Assembly (NCBI GenBank): GCA_020137815.1
Contig: CM035355.1
Span: 6,448,001-6,512,000, forward strand
Length of the DNA: 64,000 nucleotides
DNA from: Hormiphora californensis
Taxonomy: Eukaryota > Animalia > Ctenophora
Reading direction: 5' to 3'
Positions 29,303-42,200 of the stretch are shown here, one piece after another. The position numbers were made by a program, and so were the translations under genes. Positions within the stretch are counted from its first letter, which is position 1. Every line of letters starts with the position of its first letter. The notes under the pieces are model-generated. The model was not told the origin of the DNA, searched no databases, and saw only the letters and a program-made list of their open reading frames with translations.

Positions 29303-31216
29303 GTGAATCATGTCTATAGTGTGAGAGCGGGAAGAGTCACTTATATGACTCTAATATAAATGTTGAAGTTCATTTTCATTTCATTTTCAACTTTTTTGGC
29401 AGCACGCACCTGAAAACAGGCCACCAAACACCCAGATCGTAACAGCTGAGAGCTCGTATGAAATATTGTTTACGGGAGTATTCTGCCCGACCCCAAATAA
29501 GCAACCTCGGAAATGTTCAGGTCGAGTACAGCCTGAAAATTCCTGAGGTTCCTCATTAGAAAGTGATGTCAGCTGTGGCCGCGGCCTGTGTTAACCCGTA
29601 CTACTCCGTACTCGTAAGATGTACTTATCAATCACGCTCAAAACGTGTACAAGTGATCTTAAGCGTTCTGAGCTGTGATTGGTCAAAACATTAAAGATAT
29701 GGAAGCCAGAATCTTTATGTCATTCGTCACCTTAAGATCAACGATAAAAGAGACTAATATCTCTTTGAGGCATTGTGATTCAAATTCCATACCCTTCATA
29801 TCCTGGTACAGTAGAAGCTACCCCCGTCGGAAAGGCACCCCAACTTTTCTTGGGGTATGTAATATTGGAATTTTTTAAGAGACAAATTTCGAAACGTGGC
29901 ATTCGGGATAGTTGGTTACGTTAACAAATAAAATAAGTTATTAACTTAAATATTTTTGTGAATCACTGCATGCTGTAAAAATTCATTAAAAACAATGTCC
30001 ATTTTGCTCTATTCACGCTCTGTATTATGGCAAGTCTCTATGTTTTAATGGATTTAACTCAGGGTTTTTAACTAAAATCTGATCAAGCAGCAAAAAGGTA
30101 TATCACAACTAAAAACTAATAAAAGAAAACAATCGCTCATGCCGGAACTTCACTCTTCAGACCTAAAAGTTTTTGGGTACTTCACAAACGAATATTGGCG
30201 AAATTACATCGGGGTTGGTGTTATCGTGCTGCTATCGACTATCATTTCATGCTGGATAGTTGGATTGCTGAAATTGTAACAAGGTTAAAATGTTAATATT
30301 ATCCTTGAAAATATGGGTAAAGTAGTTCAGCATAACAGGGCTAGTAAATCGCATTATGCGTGGTATTTATTTATATTTACTACGTTATTATTAAAACCCC
30401 CCCCCCCCCCCCCCGGAATATCGGAATGGGCGGGCATCGCAGGAAAAAATAATTATGCGTATTATTTGTTTATGTTTACTAGCCCTGTTATGGTGAATTA
30501 TTATTAGCGACAGACACGGTTCCGTAACGGCAGACATGATAGTATGATACGTGAACAATAGGTTAGAACAATTCTATATAGCAACTAGCAAGCAAAACTT
30601 ACCATTTGTAAAAGTTGTAGATCTTTAAAACATTCCAGGGCCTGACAGCAATATAAATTCTTCTTGTTTCCCTGTTTGCACCTTCTCCTCAAGACTGCAC
30701 AACCTACAGCAGGAAAGATTGATACGGGGATTAGGATATTTCTTGTATCCTATATATATTACAGTGTCTCCTATCGGGTAGTCACATAAACTTAATAATC
30801 TTTCTCGAATTATCATAGGACGCATGACGCATCATTACACAAATTGAATGATCGACTAACGACTAACTAGTTTTCATAACATAACAAAAAACTACAATAT
30901 AAAATGTGCAAATAACAATGGTCTACCTCTTAGAGTCGGTGGTATTTGCCCGAATTTCTTGATGATAAAGTTGCAGGGTTTCATGTCCTTTTTACCGTGG
31001 TAGTCCTTAGTGTGCAAGGTTTCAAACTCGTCTTGTAAGCAGGACAAGCCTAATCTGGAAGAGATGAATTCGGGTAAGAATAAACGTAAAATATAGGCTT
31101 TGGGGTAGACGATCAGTGTCTTCCCTGGCAGACACAAGTCTTCCTGCACGTTAGGCCAAGGATTCCGTGTATTACAGTACACCATAATTTAAGAGATCGA
31201 CGTATGTGAAGACGTT

Positions 31217-31503
31217 TCAGTTTTCAGGCCAATGCCCTGACCACAGTTCTCGCACGCTCCGACTTCCGAGAATGAGAATAGGGTCGGGCCAATGCTCTGA
31301 CAACGTTTCAGAGGATGATCCTCTGCAGATATGAAAACTTCTCAAAAGTATCAAAAACAAGTTATATTGCTCCTATTTAAGTACACCAATTGGTACCTGT
31401 GATAGCTGTAAGGTTCGTTCCGCGATGAACAAGTTGACGTCATGACCGCAGAGAGAACCGCATCGGACGCCACGAAAAGTACCAGCAAGGTGAAAGATAT
31501 CAT
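31217..31503 (-). CDS. Possible small secreted protein (2 exons, 70 aa) or 5' part of a damaged Cys-rich gene
   Basis: An acceptor lies directly before the ATG (cttctcag t ATG). The N-terminus MISFTLLVLFVASDAVLSA is signal-peptide-like. The donor site (gtacca) is weak. Confidence 0.3.
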
Positions 31504-32880
31504 ACTGAGAAGTGTCATGCTATAGCAAATGAGGGGTTCCCTGTTTCGGAATGCCGCATATTATATAATATCAATTTCCAGCATATTACACAAAAGTTGG
31601 GAGAAAGATAATATATATATTTGAGACTTATACAGCTGCCACTTTTACATATGTGGGCTGCATTGAGAGGGGGGAGGTGGGATAAAGCGATCCTTACACC
31701 AATATCATTTTAACTCAATTACGGGCCCTTCATCATCATGCGACAGGGAGATAGGGAGGACGGAGGGTCACGTGATCATTAGGGTAATCTGTCTTGGTAG
31801 CCTAAATTATTTTATGAGTATAATTGTACATAATCATCTTCTGGTAGCGCTGAAATGTGTCTGAAAACTTGAATAAAAAGTTTCCTTCAGCAACTGCAGT
31901 TAGTAAGGTCGATAAGAGATACTGTAAGGGCGTGTACTAAGGCTGTTGATATACGGCATATAAGCTCTCCTTGAAGATCTGACAAATAGCATGATAAATA
32001 CGGGTGATGATTCATAACAACAAGGATATTGAAACGCCTAGCATTACATCGTCGAAATATATTTAGAATTTTATCGCCTTATGTGAAATGCGTGAAATTT
32101 TTGGAAGCTGTAATATCTACCTAAATAATAATGCTAAAGAAGGCAGAACTATATCTATATCCCCTGGTACGCGCTGCGTGAAGAAGCCACATAGTCCGTC
32201 ATATATTTTATGATAAAATATCTTAAGTATCTACTTATTCTATCAAAATTAAATGCCGCCCCTTCAAAAGATGCGGCAACACATCTGTAATATCCAAATC
32301 TTCGTAGATCAACCCTGAGACCGCACCCCTACCCTGTTAAGATGGAAATTCCTTTCAGAATCACTTGGTTACATGGTCAAGTCTAACAAGGATTAAACAA
32401 CATAAAGACTTTATATAATTCGATTTATAGACTATATAATGTTATAGACATGATATGCATAATATGATTGCCAATTTGTTAATTCGATCTACTTTTTGTC
32501 CTAAAAAGTGATAGTTTTGATACAGCAACTGCACTAAGTAAAGCCATGGGAAGATATATAATATCTAAAATCACGAGTTGGTATGCTAATATACATCCCA
32601 TTCGGTCGATGACTCAACGACTCAGTATATATACGATTTAAACACGCCTCACATAACTTCAACATGTCGCAATAGTTTAGTATTCTCGCCTTATTTAGAT
32701 GCAGGGTGGAAACCTTTAAAGCTGTAATATTTCCATCCATCGTCATCAGTCGTCTAATGACATAATGATACCATATGATACGGTTGGACCCCGATATACC
32801 GAGATGGTCCAACTGTAACATTACATCTTCGTTGTTTCCCAACACCTCACACTAACACATCTCTCCCTAATTACAGCGTT

Positions 32881-33570
32881 ATGTCAAAAACAGCGATCCG
32901 AAGCTTGTCCGGGGTGTGTCCGGTTCAGGCGGCCTCTCTCGCCGAGATGGTCATGTTGGTAGATCGCCATGACAACATCACAGGAGCTGCATCCAAGAAA
33001 GATGCTCATCTGATGGAGAACATCCGGAAAACGGGGATGCTCCACCGAGCGTTCAGTGTGTTCCTCTTCAACACTCGGAATGAGCTGTTAGTTCAGCAGC
33101 GTTCTTCAGACAAGATTACCTTTCCGAACCTGTACACCAACTCGTGTTGCTCCCACCCACTGTCCAGTCTGGAAAACGAACGTGACCCGGTGTCGGGTAT
33201 CAAGGAAGCGGCAGTGAGACGCATGAAACATGAGCTTGGAATCACGGAGGTTGGAGTCGAGGATATTACCCTTCTGACGAGGATTGTGTACTTTGGATCG
33301 AGTTGTGAAACGTGGGGTGAACATGAGCTAGATCACGTGTTGTTGGTTAAAAAGGACATTACTGTCGATGGAAACCCTGATGAGGTCAAGACGGTGCGGT
33401 ATATGGGGAAGGAGGAACTGTTCAGGGAGATGGAGAACGAGAGAGAGTTCCCTGTGACACCCTGGTTCAGGATCATTAGTGAGAGCATGTTGAGACCATG
33501 GTGGGACAGTTTGGAGAAGGGACAACTAGAGGGTGATGGGAAGATTCATGAGTTTAGTTTTCCAGAGTGA
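32881..33570 (+). CDS. IDI1: Isopentenyl-diphosphate delta-isomerase (type 1), intronless
   Basis: Motifs KKDAHLMENI, LHRAFSVFLFN, LLVQQRSSDKITFP, TNSCCSHPL, WGEHELDH and TPWF. Confidence 0.97.
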   Translation: MSKTAIRSLSGVCPVQAASLAEMVMLVDRHDNITGAASKKDAHLMENIRKTGMLHRAFSVFLFNTRNELLVQQRSSDKITFPNLYTNSCCSHPLSSLENERDPVSGIKEAAVRRMKHELGITEVGVEDITLLTRIVYFGSSCETWGEHELDHVLLVKKDITVDGNPDEVKTVRYMGKEELFREMENEREFPVTPWFRIISESMLRPWWDSLEKGQLEGDGKIHEFSFPE

Positions 33571-34051
33571 CTATGATACGAAAGAACAACCTCGGAAATA
33601 TCCAGATCTGCATCACGTGACCTGTGTATTGACTAGAGTTCAGATAAAACGTAATGCAAGTCTCGATTGCCATGCGGATTCGCACTGTTCTGAACTCTGA
33701 CTGGTCAATACAGATCGCAGGGTGAAGACCTGAACATTTCCGAGGCTCCTCAAGAAGCATGCTGCAATTATTGTAGGATTTTTAGCGAACCAACTTGTTG
33801 TCATGGGTAGTTAGATGTAGAACATTTTATGTGTTGACCCCTGATCTATGTTATGAAGTGAATTATTTGTTTTGACTTTGTATCCGATCGCATTTTATAC
33901 TCAATGTTTTCCCTTTATTTCTGCAGTTTTCCTAACCTCGGGTCATACCAATTTCCCCGAATCTTTTCCACTACAGAGATATTTTCCCAACCCTGGCCCT
34001 TGACCTTTACAATGAATTCCTCTCACTTCCTAGGAACCAATTGGTACGTCC

Positions 34052-36547
34052 ATGGCTGATCCACCTGCAAAGCGGCCCTGTCTCAACATCGACAAGTCCT
34101 CTCGGGAGCTACTTCAACTTCTTAGGAAGAACGATGATTCAAGGGATTACCCCACATTAAACTCTCTACTACGAAACATCTTGACGGAGTATTGTCAATC
34201 CCCAGATACGCTTGAGGTTCTCCATAAATCCAGATTCATGGACTCTTTCGTCACTTTAATGGCCAGCAAAAATCTTCCTTCTGATCTTGCGAACACCATC
34301 CTCTCCATCCTCCACGACGTCTCAGGACATAAGGAGTTGTTTGAAGTCATCCTGAAACTAAATTGTGGTGATATCGTGATTAGCAACTTTTTCCATGATC
34401 CAAGGTGCTACTATAGATCCCTTCGGTTCATAAACAAGATTAGAGAAAATGGTTACCAAGTTCGACTTGACACGAATATCCTTGAACCGATAATTTGCTA
34501 TCTTGAGGGTCATTTTTCGTCTGAGCAACCGAACGCTGTTCCGGATGAAAGTTATGGTTTGACGTTTGAAGAATTCGTCCCTTTAATCTCCTGTCTTAGT
34601 GATATTGAAATTATTATGTACAGGTTAAACGGATCGAAAAAGATGTTTCAATTTGTGGTAAGGGCTGCTAAACTATACCTGAGGACCCGATGCTTGGAGA
34701 AAGTACTCGTATTCCTGCTAACGGAACAGGCTATGATTTTTATGGTGTTGTCGCTACCAGATCATAAATCCGTCGTCAAGGAAATGAGACCTATCCTGCC
34801 TGAAATGGTTGAGGAAGTCTGTAAGTTGACCCCAGAGTGCCTGCTTGATCTTTATGTTGAGGATGATGAAGGAGTGGTGCTGTTTGGTGTGGCTGAAGAG
34901 AGCAGGAACAAAGTTTTCGGAGAGAGACTCCGAGTTGGGAGTGTTAGCGAATGTCAACAAATCTTGTACAGATTTCAGAGATGGAAGCCGATAACGATAC
35001 TCTTTACAGATGAGCTTGGTCAAGGCATTCATTGTTTCGTCTCTGAAACTCGGGAGCCTTTAGGTCAGTGGCTCGAAGCCTCACGAGATGCTTTGGCTAT
35101 CTTTCACAGCACACGATTTCCTTCACCAGGAGACGGTCTTCTTGAGGCTCTCGTAGCGTTCCTAAAGGCCCTTCGAGGTATGGATTGTGAAAAATCAGTC
35201 AAACCGGTGGTCACGAAAATAGCAGAGAACATCATGAAATTTTTTATGAATGCACTCAATGAAGGCCGCCATCCGTTATTAGAGGAACATATCATCCTGA
35301 TAGTGGATTTGTTCGCAAAGTATCAGACCAAACGGTTTAGCTCATTCTTTACATCGTATGTAAGCTCCTGGTCTCATCGCGATAAGCCTTCCCAAGTTCT
35401 ACAGACATCTTTCTTTTGGACCACCCTATCCCACCCGTACCTCCGGACTCTTGGAAGCCGGCACCTTTACGATTTCGGTTACAGAAACGGAAAACTCTCT
35501 GATTTTCAGTTTAGATTTTTGTTCTTTGACATCGATAACATCCTGCTCATGCTTGCTGAACTTCGGCAGACTTCCCCAGAGAAATATTTGGTGGTACTTT
35601 CCGACTACTTCCTCGCCAAAACGGATCAGACCTACTTGGAATGTGCTAAACCACATCGGTCCGAAGTTTCTTCTGTCTGTGAAGTTATACAACTAAAGGA
35701 GGACGACCCGCCCGAGTTACTTCTACGTCTCTTCCTCTGTCTGATCAGATATTTTCAGGGATGCTATTCAAAGTTTCGTCGGCCACGGAAGGAACAGTTT
35801 GAATACAAAGACATCAGGCTCTATGAAGGTCCGGATATTAGGGTACCCAGGGTATGCGAGGTGGTCAAACCAAGACCAACCAGATATCAAAAGGAAGCGT
35901 GGCACTGGCAACCATCTACAGGATTCACCAAATGCCAAGATAGGACCGTGAAAATCCAAGGAGAGGAGGGAGTGCCAGGGGTGGAGGTGAACGAACGAGA
36001 TCTGTCCTCTGTCGTTTTGAACAACATGCTGGTATCTAGTTTCGAGGAGAGTCGTACCTTGACCATTACCGTTCCTTCAGCCCCTCAGCGCATCCTCGAG
36101 GCCCTAAAATTGATCCTCAGCCAAAACGGGAAGGGTGTGGGGGATCATGCCTCGCTACAGGATGTCTGGGAGTGGCTGTTACCATGGGCAACGATGTACC
36201 AAGTCGACGGGGTCTTCAACTATCTGGTTTATGTGATGAGAGAGAAACTACCGGCCCGGCAGCGTCGTCTGCCATGTAACACCATGATGTCAGATGAATG
36301 GATGGTTGAGTTCGCAGTTCGCAGCAAACACCCTGCCTGGTTGATGCTTGTCTCTCAGAAGTTTCTAGTGGTTGATAACACTATGGTCGATCTACAGCCA
36401 GAGGATCTGATTTTCTCGATAACCGAACTGGTCAACGCAGCTAATACGAGAGATAACTATCTTGTTAACATAATCAGTTACTATTGTTGTCCTCGCCGTG
36501 GTGGTGAGGGTAGTGATTATACAGAGTATGCGAGTAGCGATGAGTGA
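34052..36547 (+). CDS. Tandem family paralog 1: 831-aa helical-repeat protein with C-terminal BTB-like domain (ARMC5-like architecture), intact
   Basis: Long single ORF. LSSVVLNNMLVSSFEESRTLTITV...LEAL...WATMYQVDGV matches the BTB pattern (S.yF.aMl.g.F.Es....i.l...A..y.v..l). The N-terminal part is Leu-rich and helical. Confidence 0.7.
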   Translation: MADPPAKRPCLNIDKSSRELLQLLRKNDDSRDYPTLNSLLRNILTEYCQSPDTLEVLHKSRFMDSFVTLMASKNLPSDLANTILSILHDVSGHKELFEVILKLNCGDIVISNFFHDPRCYYRSLRFINKIRENGYQVRLDTNILEPIICYLEGHFSSEQPNAVPDESYGLTFEEFVPLISCLSDIEIIMYRLNGSKKMFQFVVRAAKLYLRTRCLEKVLVFLLTEQAMIFMVLSLPDHKSVVKEMRPILPEMVEEVCKLTPECLLDLYVEDDEGVVLFGVAEESRNKVFGERLRVGSVSECQQILYRFQRWKPITILFTDELGQGIHCFVSETREPLGQWLEASRDALAIFHSTRFPSPGDGLLEALVAFLKALRGMDCEKSVKPVVTKIAENIMKFFMNALNEGRHPLLEEHIILIVDLFAKYQTKRFSSFFTSYVSSWSHRDKPSQVLQTSFFWTTLSHPYLRTLGSRHLYDFGYRNGKLSDFQFRFLFFDIDNILLMLAELRQTSPEKYLVVLSDYFLAKTDQTYLECAKPHRSEVSSVCEVIQLKEDDPPELLLRLFLCLIRYFQGCYSKFRRPRKEQFEYKDIRLYEGPDIRVPRVCEVVKPRPTRYQKEAWHWQPSTGFTKCQDRTVKIQGEEGVPGVEVNERDLSSVVLNNMLVSSFEESRTLTITVPSAPQRILEALKLILSQNGKGVGDHASLQDVWEWLLPWATMYQVDGVFNYLVYVMREKLPARQRRLPCNTMMSDEWMVEFAVRSKHPAWLMLVSQKFLVVDNTMVDLQPEDLIFSITELVNAANTRDNYLVNIISYYCCPRRGGEGSDYTEYASSDE

Positions 36548-37269
36548 AAGTGTAAAGCGTGTAATTGTATCTCCAGGAAAAGGATAGTTTTTAAGGGTTG
36601 TAATTTTAATTGATTTGTACACCAAGGGCTAAAGCAGCCGATATCATGTTACATTTATTTTATACTAGCACTATTTATTAAATCATGTTAATTAATTTAT
36701 TATTTTTAAACCGAAATGACAATTGCTTAATGCAGGCAAGTTTTTTACAATTTATTACCACAGTTTATACAATCAACCTATTTTACTATTCTAATTCAAG
36801 TTTATAAAATTCTGCCGTGTTTTATTACAATGCGTTAGCTAAGACCCCTGATAGCCCGAACCCCAAAACCTCAACTCCCACTCTAACTAAAATAATCTAC
36901 CAACTAACACACATAACCTATTCCTAGGACTCTATTGGTACACTCATGGCTGATCCACCTGCAAAGCGGCCATGTCTCAACATCGATAAGTCCTCTCGCG
37001 AGCTACTTCAACTTCTTAGGAAGAACGATGATTCAAGGGATTACCCCACAATAAACTCTCTACTACGGAACATCTTGACGGAGTATTGTCAATCCCCAGA
37101 TACACTTGAGACTCTCCATAAATCCAAATTCATGGACTCTTTCGTCACATTAATGGCCAGCAAAGACCTTCCTTCCGACCTTGCTAATACTATCCTCTCT
37201 GTTCTTACACGCATCTCTAGTCATCGGGAGTTGCTGAAAGACGTTCTTAGGTCGAATGCTTTGAACATG

Positions 37270-37839
37270 TGCACACTCCTACTCACTGCATTCACTGCTG
37301 CAGAGGACCGGACTTGATTGCTACGTTTGAAATTGGCGCTGGACACATGGGGGATACTGAGAGAGAGAAAAAAAAAAGAAAAAAAAAAAGAAAAGAAAAG
37401 AAATAAAGAGAGAAAGAGAATTTAACTTGTTTGTTTAGAATTATGCTAATAATAGATTTTCTTTTAACATAGTAGGGTACAGTGGTTGTAATTGTGCTGT
37501 CTGCAGGAAGGGGTGTATACACACAGTGCCACTACAATTAGTGTAATCCCGGTATCATAATAAGTAATCATAATGTAATATTATTAGTGTGTCATACCCT
37601 ATTACTTGGGTTACTGCCTAGTGCCTACTGCACTAGGTGGTAACAGGGGTGAACCAATGAGTTAGAGTGAGTCGGCGACAAGTACTGTAACTAGAGTTAG
37701 CGTGTTTAGGAAAGTCAGAGATGCAGGGAGTAGTTCCGAGACAGTTCAGATTTATACCTATCCTTCTATTTTGCACCACCAAGTTCTGTGTTTTATAAAA
37801 GTCTAAAAAGTCACCATAAAAGCCCGCAAGCGGAGAGCA
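37270..37839 (+). repeat. 5' LTR
   Basis: Matches 46562-47125 apart from A-tract lengths, a visible substitution and the first 7 nt. Confidence 0.92.
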
Positions 37840-37841
37840 TT

Positions 37842-37859
37842 TGGAACCCCCGGCGGGAC
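37842..37859 (+). promoter_or_regulatory. Primer-binding site (TGGAACCCCCGGCGGGAC)
   Basis: TGG-initiated 18-mer 2 nt after the LTR end, complementary to a tRNA 3' end (...GUCCCGCCGGGGGUUCCA). The isotype may be Arg; unverified. Confidence 0.85.
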
Positions 37860-37994
37860 TTCATACACCAGTGAGACGCACCTCCTTACCGAAGCTAAGT
37901 TCCCATCCAATCTTTTGCATTAATTTTGCTGTTTATCAAGTTTTATAATTATTAATTAGTTGCCCACAGATACGACAGGTTACTTTATTTTCAG

Positions 37995-39238
37995 ATGGGT
38001 TTGGATACAATGGATCAGCAAACTCCAGACCGGTCCGTACCTCCTGCTCCACGTCGAGATGCCTCAACAACCACACCTTTCAAATATCAAGCTACTTTAG
38101 ACTCTTTGACTGAGGAGCAGAAAGCAGCAGTTCGTGCGTACACCAATCACCATGTGCAAGAAGCCACGTCATTGGCTGCGGCATCCGAACTCAGGAAGAA
38201 CACTTCAGTGAATCCCTCAGCTAATATCAAGAGTAACTTTGCTAAGAGACCAGTCATGTTTCAACTTGATGATATGGATATAGACTTATTCCTCGACCGA
38301 TTTGAGGATTTTTTGGGACACACAGTGATTGCAGATAGCGACAAGATCCGGTTTTTCTGTTCATACCTGCCCGACAAATTAAACAGACGTCTCTCGCAGC
38401 AGGCGGATGTAAAAGCTAGGGAGGTATCCTGGGAGGAGTTTCAGGAGCGAGTGAAAGAGGCCGTGATGAGTATGAAACAGGAGACTGGGGCGCTGGCTAG
38501 AACCAAACTGAGAGAGCGGAAACAGTTGGAAGGAGAATCACTGAGAGACTATGCCGATGAACTGTTTCAACTTGCTAAGAAAGCCTGGCCCAGGGATGAG
38601 GATCATGCAGTCCGAGAAGTGATGCTGAAAGATATTTTAGCTAACGGTGCCAAAGTGGAGGAAGTAGCTGTTTACATTCTCCAGCATGCAGATACTAAAA
38701 CATTCAACACGCTGGTTCATGACGCAGATAAATTGGAGTCGTCATACAGGGTCAGAGCTGAACTGAAATCAAAAAGGGATGTGGAGGTAAACGTCCTTAG
38801 GGTCCAACAACAACCTACCGAGCGAGGACCAGATCCCTACCGACCTGTGAAACAAGATTACTATCCCTCTGTGCAGTATGGAAACGGACCCCGGCCCTCT
38901 TACTACTACAATCGAGATCATCAAGGTACGGACCGCGTCAGAGGAGAGGAGGAGGAGGAGGAGAGCCTCGCAGATGCTGGAACTGTGATCGCCCTGGTCA
39001 TATTGCCCGGAACTGCCGGAGCCCACGTCAACAACAAAACCGGTACCAAAACAATCATGCACATAGGGACCAATCTCACATGTTAGGGTACCAAGTCTAT
39101 AATGATAGGTGGGGGCAGCCCATGGGAAATCACCAAAATTATCCAGATCACCACACTCCGCACAATCCCCACATTCCTCAAAATACCCAGGCCCCGCAAG
39201 GTAGTGATCCTCAATCTGCACGTGTGTCAAAAAACTAG
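37995..39238 (+). CDS. gag: Gag with CCHC zinc knuckle (one single-base frameshift near 38950)
   Basis: Capsid-like region RKQLEGESLRDYADEL. RCWNCDRPGHIARNC lies in the adjacent frame after a GAG-repeat tract, and that frame ends AAAAAAC-TAG. Confidence 0.88.
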
Positions 39239-39262
39239 AAGATCCCTCTCTCGGCGAGAGGG
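39229..39262 (+). promoter_or_regulatory. -1 programmed ribosomal frameshift signal between gag and pol
   Basis: Slippery heptamer A AAA AAC (39229-39235) precedes the gag stop. A hairpin CCCTCTC-tcggc-GAGAGGG starts after an 8-nt spacer. The -1 frame reads openly into the protease. Confidence 0.85.
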
Positions 39263-42200
39263 TTTTTGAGAGCCTGCACTTTGAAATCTCGTCTGTAGAG
39301 TGCACCGCTCCGAGCATTGCTAGGCCTCTACTCATTGGAACTTGTTCTGGATGTCTTTACTTGGGTGTTACTATTAGAGAGAATTTGTTTCAAGCGCTTA
39401 TTGATTGTGGAGCATGTGTCAATCTTCTTTCATACAAGTTAGCTAAACGCTTGGACATTTGTGAGCATCTACGGGCTAGCAACGTTATGTTGGCTGGAGT
39501 TTCAGGGGCAAAGGTACAAACCCTTGGTAGTGTGTCCTTGATGGTTGAAGTGGGTGAATTTTGTGTCCCAGTTCGGTTTGTTGTGGCTGAAGTAGTGGAA
39601 GACTGTATTCTTGGGCAGGAGTTTCTCACTGAAAACGAGCTGGTGGTTAATTTCGGAAATAGGATGCTGATTGGTTCTGGGATAGAGGTTAAGCTCACAA
39701 TGCTTGATCGAGGGAAACAAAAGTACGGCTTGTGTACTACAGAAGAGTACAGTGAGGTTGGGAACTGGGTGATGAAATGTGGTGTAGTGATGGAAGGAGA
39801 GCTTGAGGAGCCGAGGGACGGTTCTTATGTTCTCAAATTTCAAGAGGAAATAAAATGGATGGTTGATGAAGAGGTGGAAGACCCGTTGGTAGTAGTAGTC
39901 TCGGGAGGAACACTGGAGCTACCAGTTAGTTTGGAGGGAGAAACTGAGCTGAGGATACCGAAGGGTTACCGAGTGGCTACAGTGGAACCTGTACATGATT
40001 TGTCTAGTGTAACGGCAAGGCAGCAGTATTCAGGGGATTTCGATAAGGAGCGTGTGAGAGTGAACTTCATAAACTTTTGAAGATTGAAAGTAAGGAGTAC
40101 CTTACACCTGATCAGCAGCAGTCCCTCAAACAACTCACACATGATTTTGCTGACATCTTTGCACTTGACCGGAGTGAGCTAACTTGCACAGACTTGATCG
40201 AGCATCATATCGATCTCACTACAGACAAACCGGTGAGAGCTCCTTATAGGCGTGTTCCATTGCATCTCAGAGAAGATTGTATAAAGGAGTTAAGAAGAGT
40301 TGCTGCAGTGTGGGATCATCCAGCATAGTGAAAGCGGCTATAACACGCCGGCTTTGGTCTTGAAGGGTAAAAATAAACTGAGGATAGTTCTGGATTTTAG
40401 GGAGTTGAATAAGATCACTGACAGATCGTACTGCACTGTACCTGCCCTCAACACCATTATTGCTGGTTGTGCTGGTGCTAAATTCTTCAGTTCATGTGAT
40501 TTTAAGGATGGGTTTCTACAGATCCCATTAAAGGACGAGCATCGCAAGTTTACAGCATTTGCGATACCAGGGATTGGCCATTTTGAGTTTTGTAGAATGC
40601 CACTGGGTCTGTGTTCATCTCCGGGTGTGTTTCAAACATTGATGGATCGTCTGTTAGCCGGATTACCTCCCACTGTTGCATCTGCTTTCATTGATGACAT
40701 TCTGTCTCCAGGAGAAACGGTTGAGCAGGCCTTGGAAAATTTGAAGGTGATTTTTGGCAGACTGAGGATTTCGAAGTTGAGACTTAGCCCTCACAAATGC
40801 AAGTTGTTGGAGACTAAACTTAAATTTTGTGGGGTCTACTTGAGTGCGAAGGGGATTGAGGCGGATGCTGAGAAGGTAGCTGCACTAAGGGAAATGCCGC
40901 TTCCCAAGTCGATTAAAGAGGCCCGGTGTATGATGGGAGCGTTTAATTGGTTTCGAAATCACATTCCTAAGTTCTCGGATAAGGCCAAGGGATTAACGGA
41001 CTGCTTAAGGAGCAGTGAGAAGTTTGAAGTAACTCTCGAGCTCAAGGAGAGCATTGAAACCCTTTTGGAGGAGCTCTGTAATCCTCCCATTCTTACGTAC
41101 CCTGATACTAAGAAAGAGATGATTGTGTACACGGATGCTAGTGAAAAGGGTATTGGTGGATCAATTGGACACATCATTGACGGGGAATATCATCCAATCG
41201 CTTACAGTTCAAAAGCGCTCACTCCAACTGAGCAGAGATGGCCCTCCTTTAAACGCGAGTTTTATGCATTGTGGTACCATATTACTCAAGCATGGCGTTT
41301 CTACTTGGTTGGGGCTAAATTCAAGTGCTACATCGACATGAAATCAATTACGCCGGAGGGTTTCTTGAAGCACAGCAACCAAGCCATTATGTTGAGGTGG
41401 TTCATGGACTTGTCGGCTTTTGATGTTGAGTTGATTTTTAAAGCGGGTAAAGATATGGATCTTCCTGATTGTTTGTCGAGGTTACCTAAAACCTCTTCAG
41501 AATTGTTTGAGTGGTGGTCTCAGGACAAACCTCTAAGTGAGGATGAAGAGAATGAGTCGGGGGAATGTGCAAGGGTCGCGTGGGTGCAGATTGGTAGCTG
41601 TTTGCCTGTGAATTGTTCCAGTGATGAAGCAACTGATGGGAATGAGGTTGTGAGTGGTTCTAAGGTAGGGGCTCATAGTGATACAGAAGGGACATTTGAT
41701 AAACCTTTGCCGCCTCCAAACAGTGACCGGCTGCGTGAAGTACAAAAGGGGAGTTTGGAAAGTGCAAGAAGTGGTAGTTTGGGTGAAAGAGAATGGGAGA
41801 CCAGAAACGTCCGAGGGGTTTTCAGAGTTCAAGCAGTGGGCGTGGAGATATTTTGAGCATCTGGTTTTGATGAATGATCAGCTCTGCTACAAGTACTTTA
41901 GATCTCCGTCGAGAAAGTTTGCAGCACTCATAGTTGTTCCTGATGAAGAGATTCAAAGAGTCATAGAGCTGCATCATGATCCCGATTTCTCAAGGGCACC
42001 AGGGTCCTAAGAAGACCCTAGGCAAAGTGAGGGACAAGTACTTTTTCAGGGGTATGACGTCAGCAGTTAAGATATTTTGTGAAACTTGTCCCTTATGTTT
42101 CTTACACAATCAGCCGTACAAACGAAATCCCGCAGCACCTATGAAGATGTTCATGTCATCGAGGCCCAATCAGCATGTTGCAATTGACTTGGTTGGCCCA

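Noticed and set aside
38769-39335. 188-aa antisense ORF in gag
   Set aside because: Shadow of the gag/pol junction with no independent motif.
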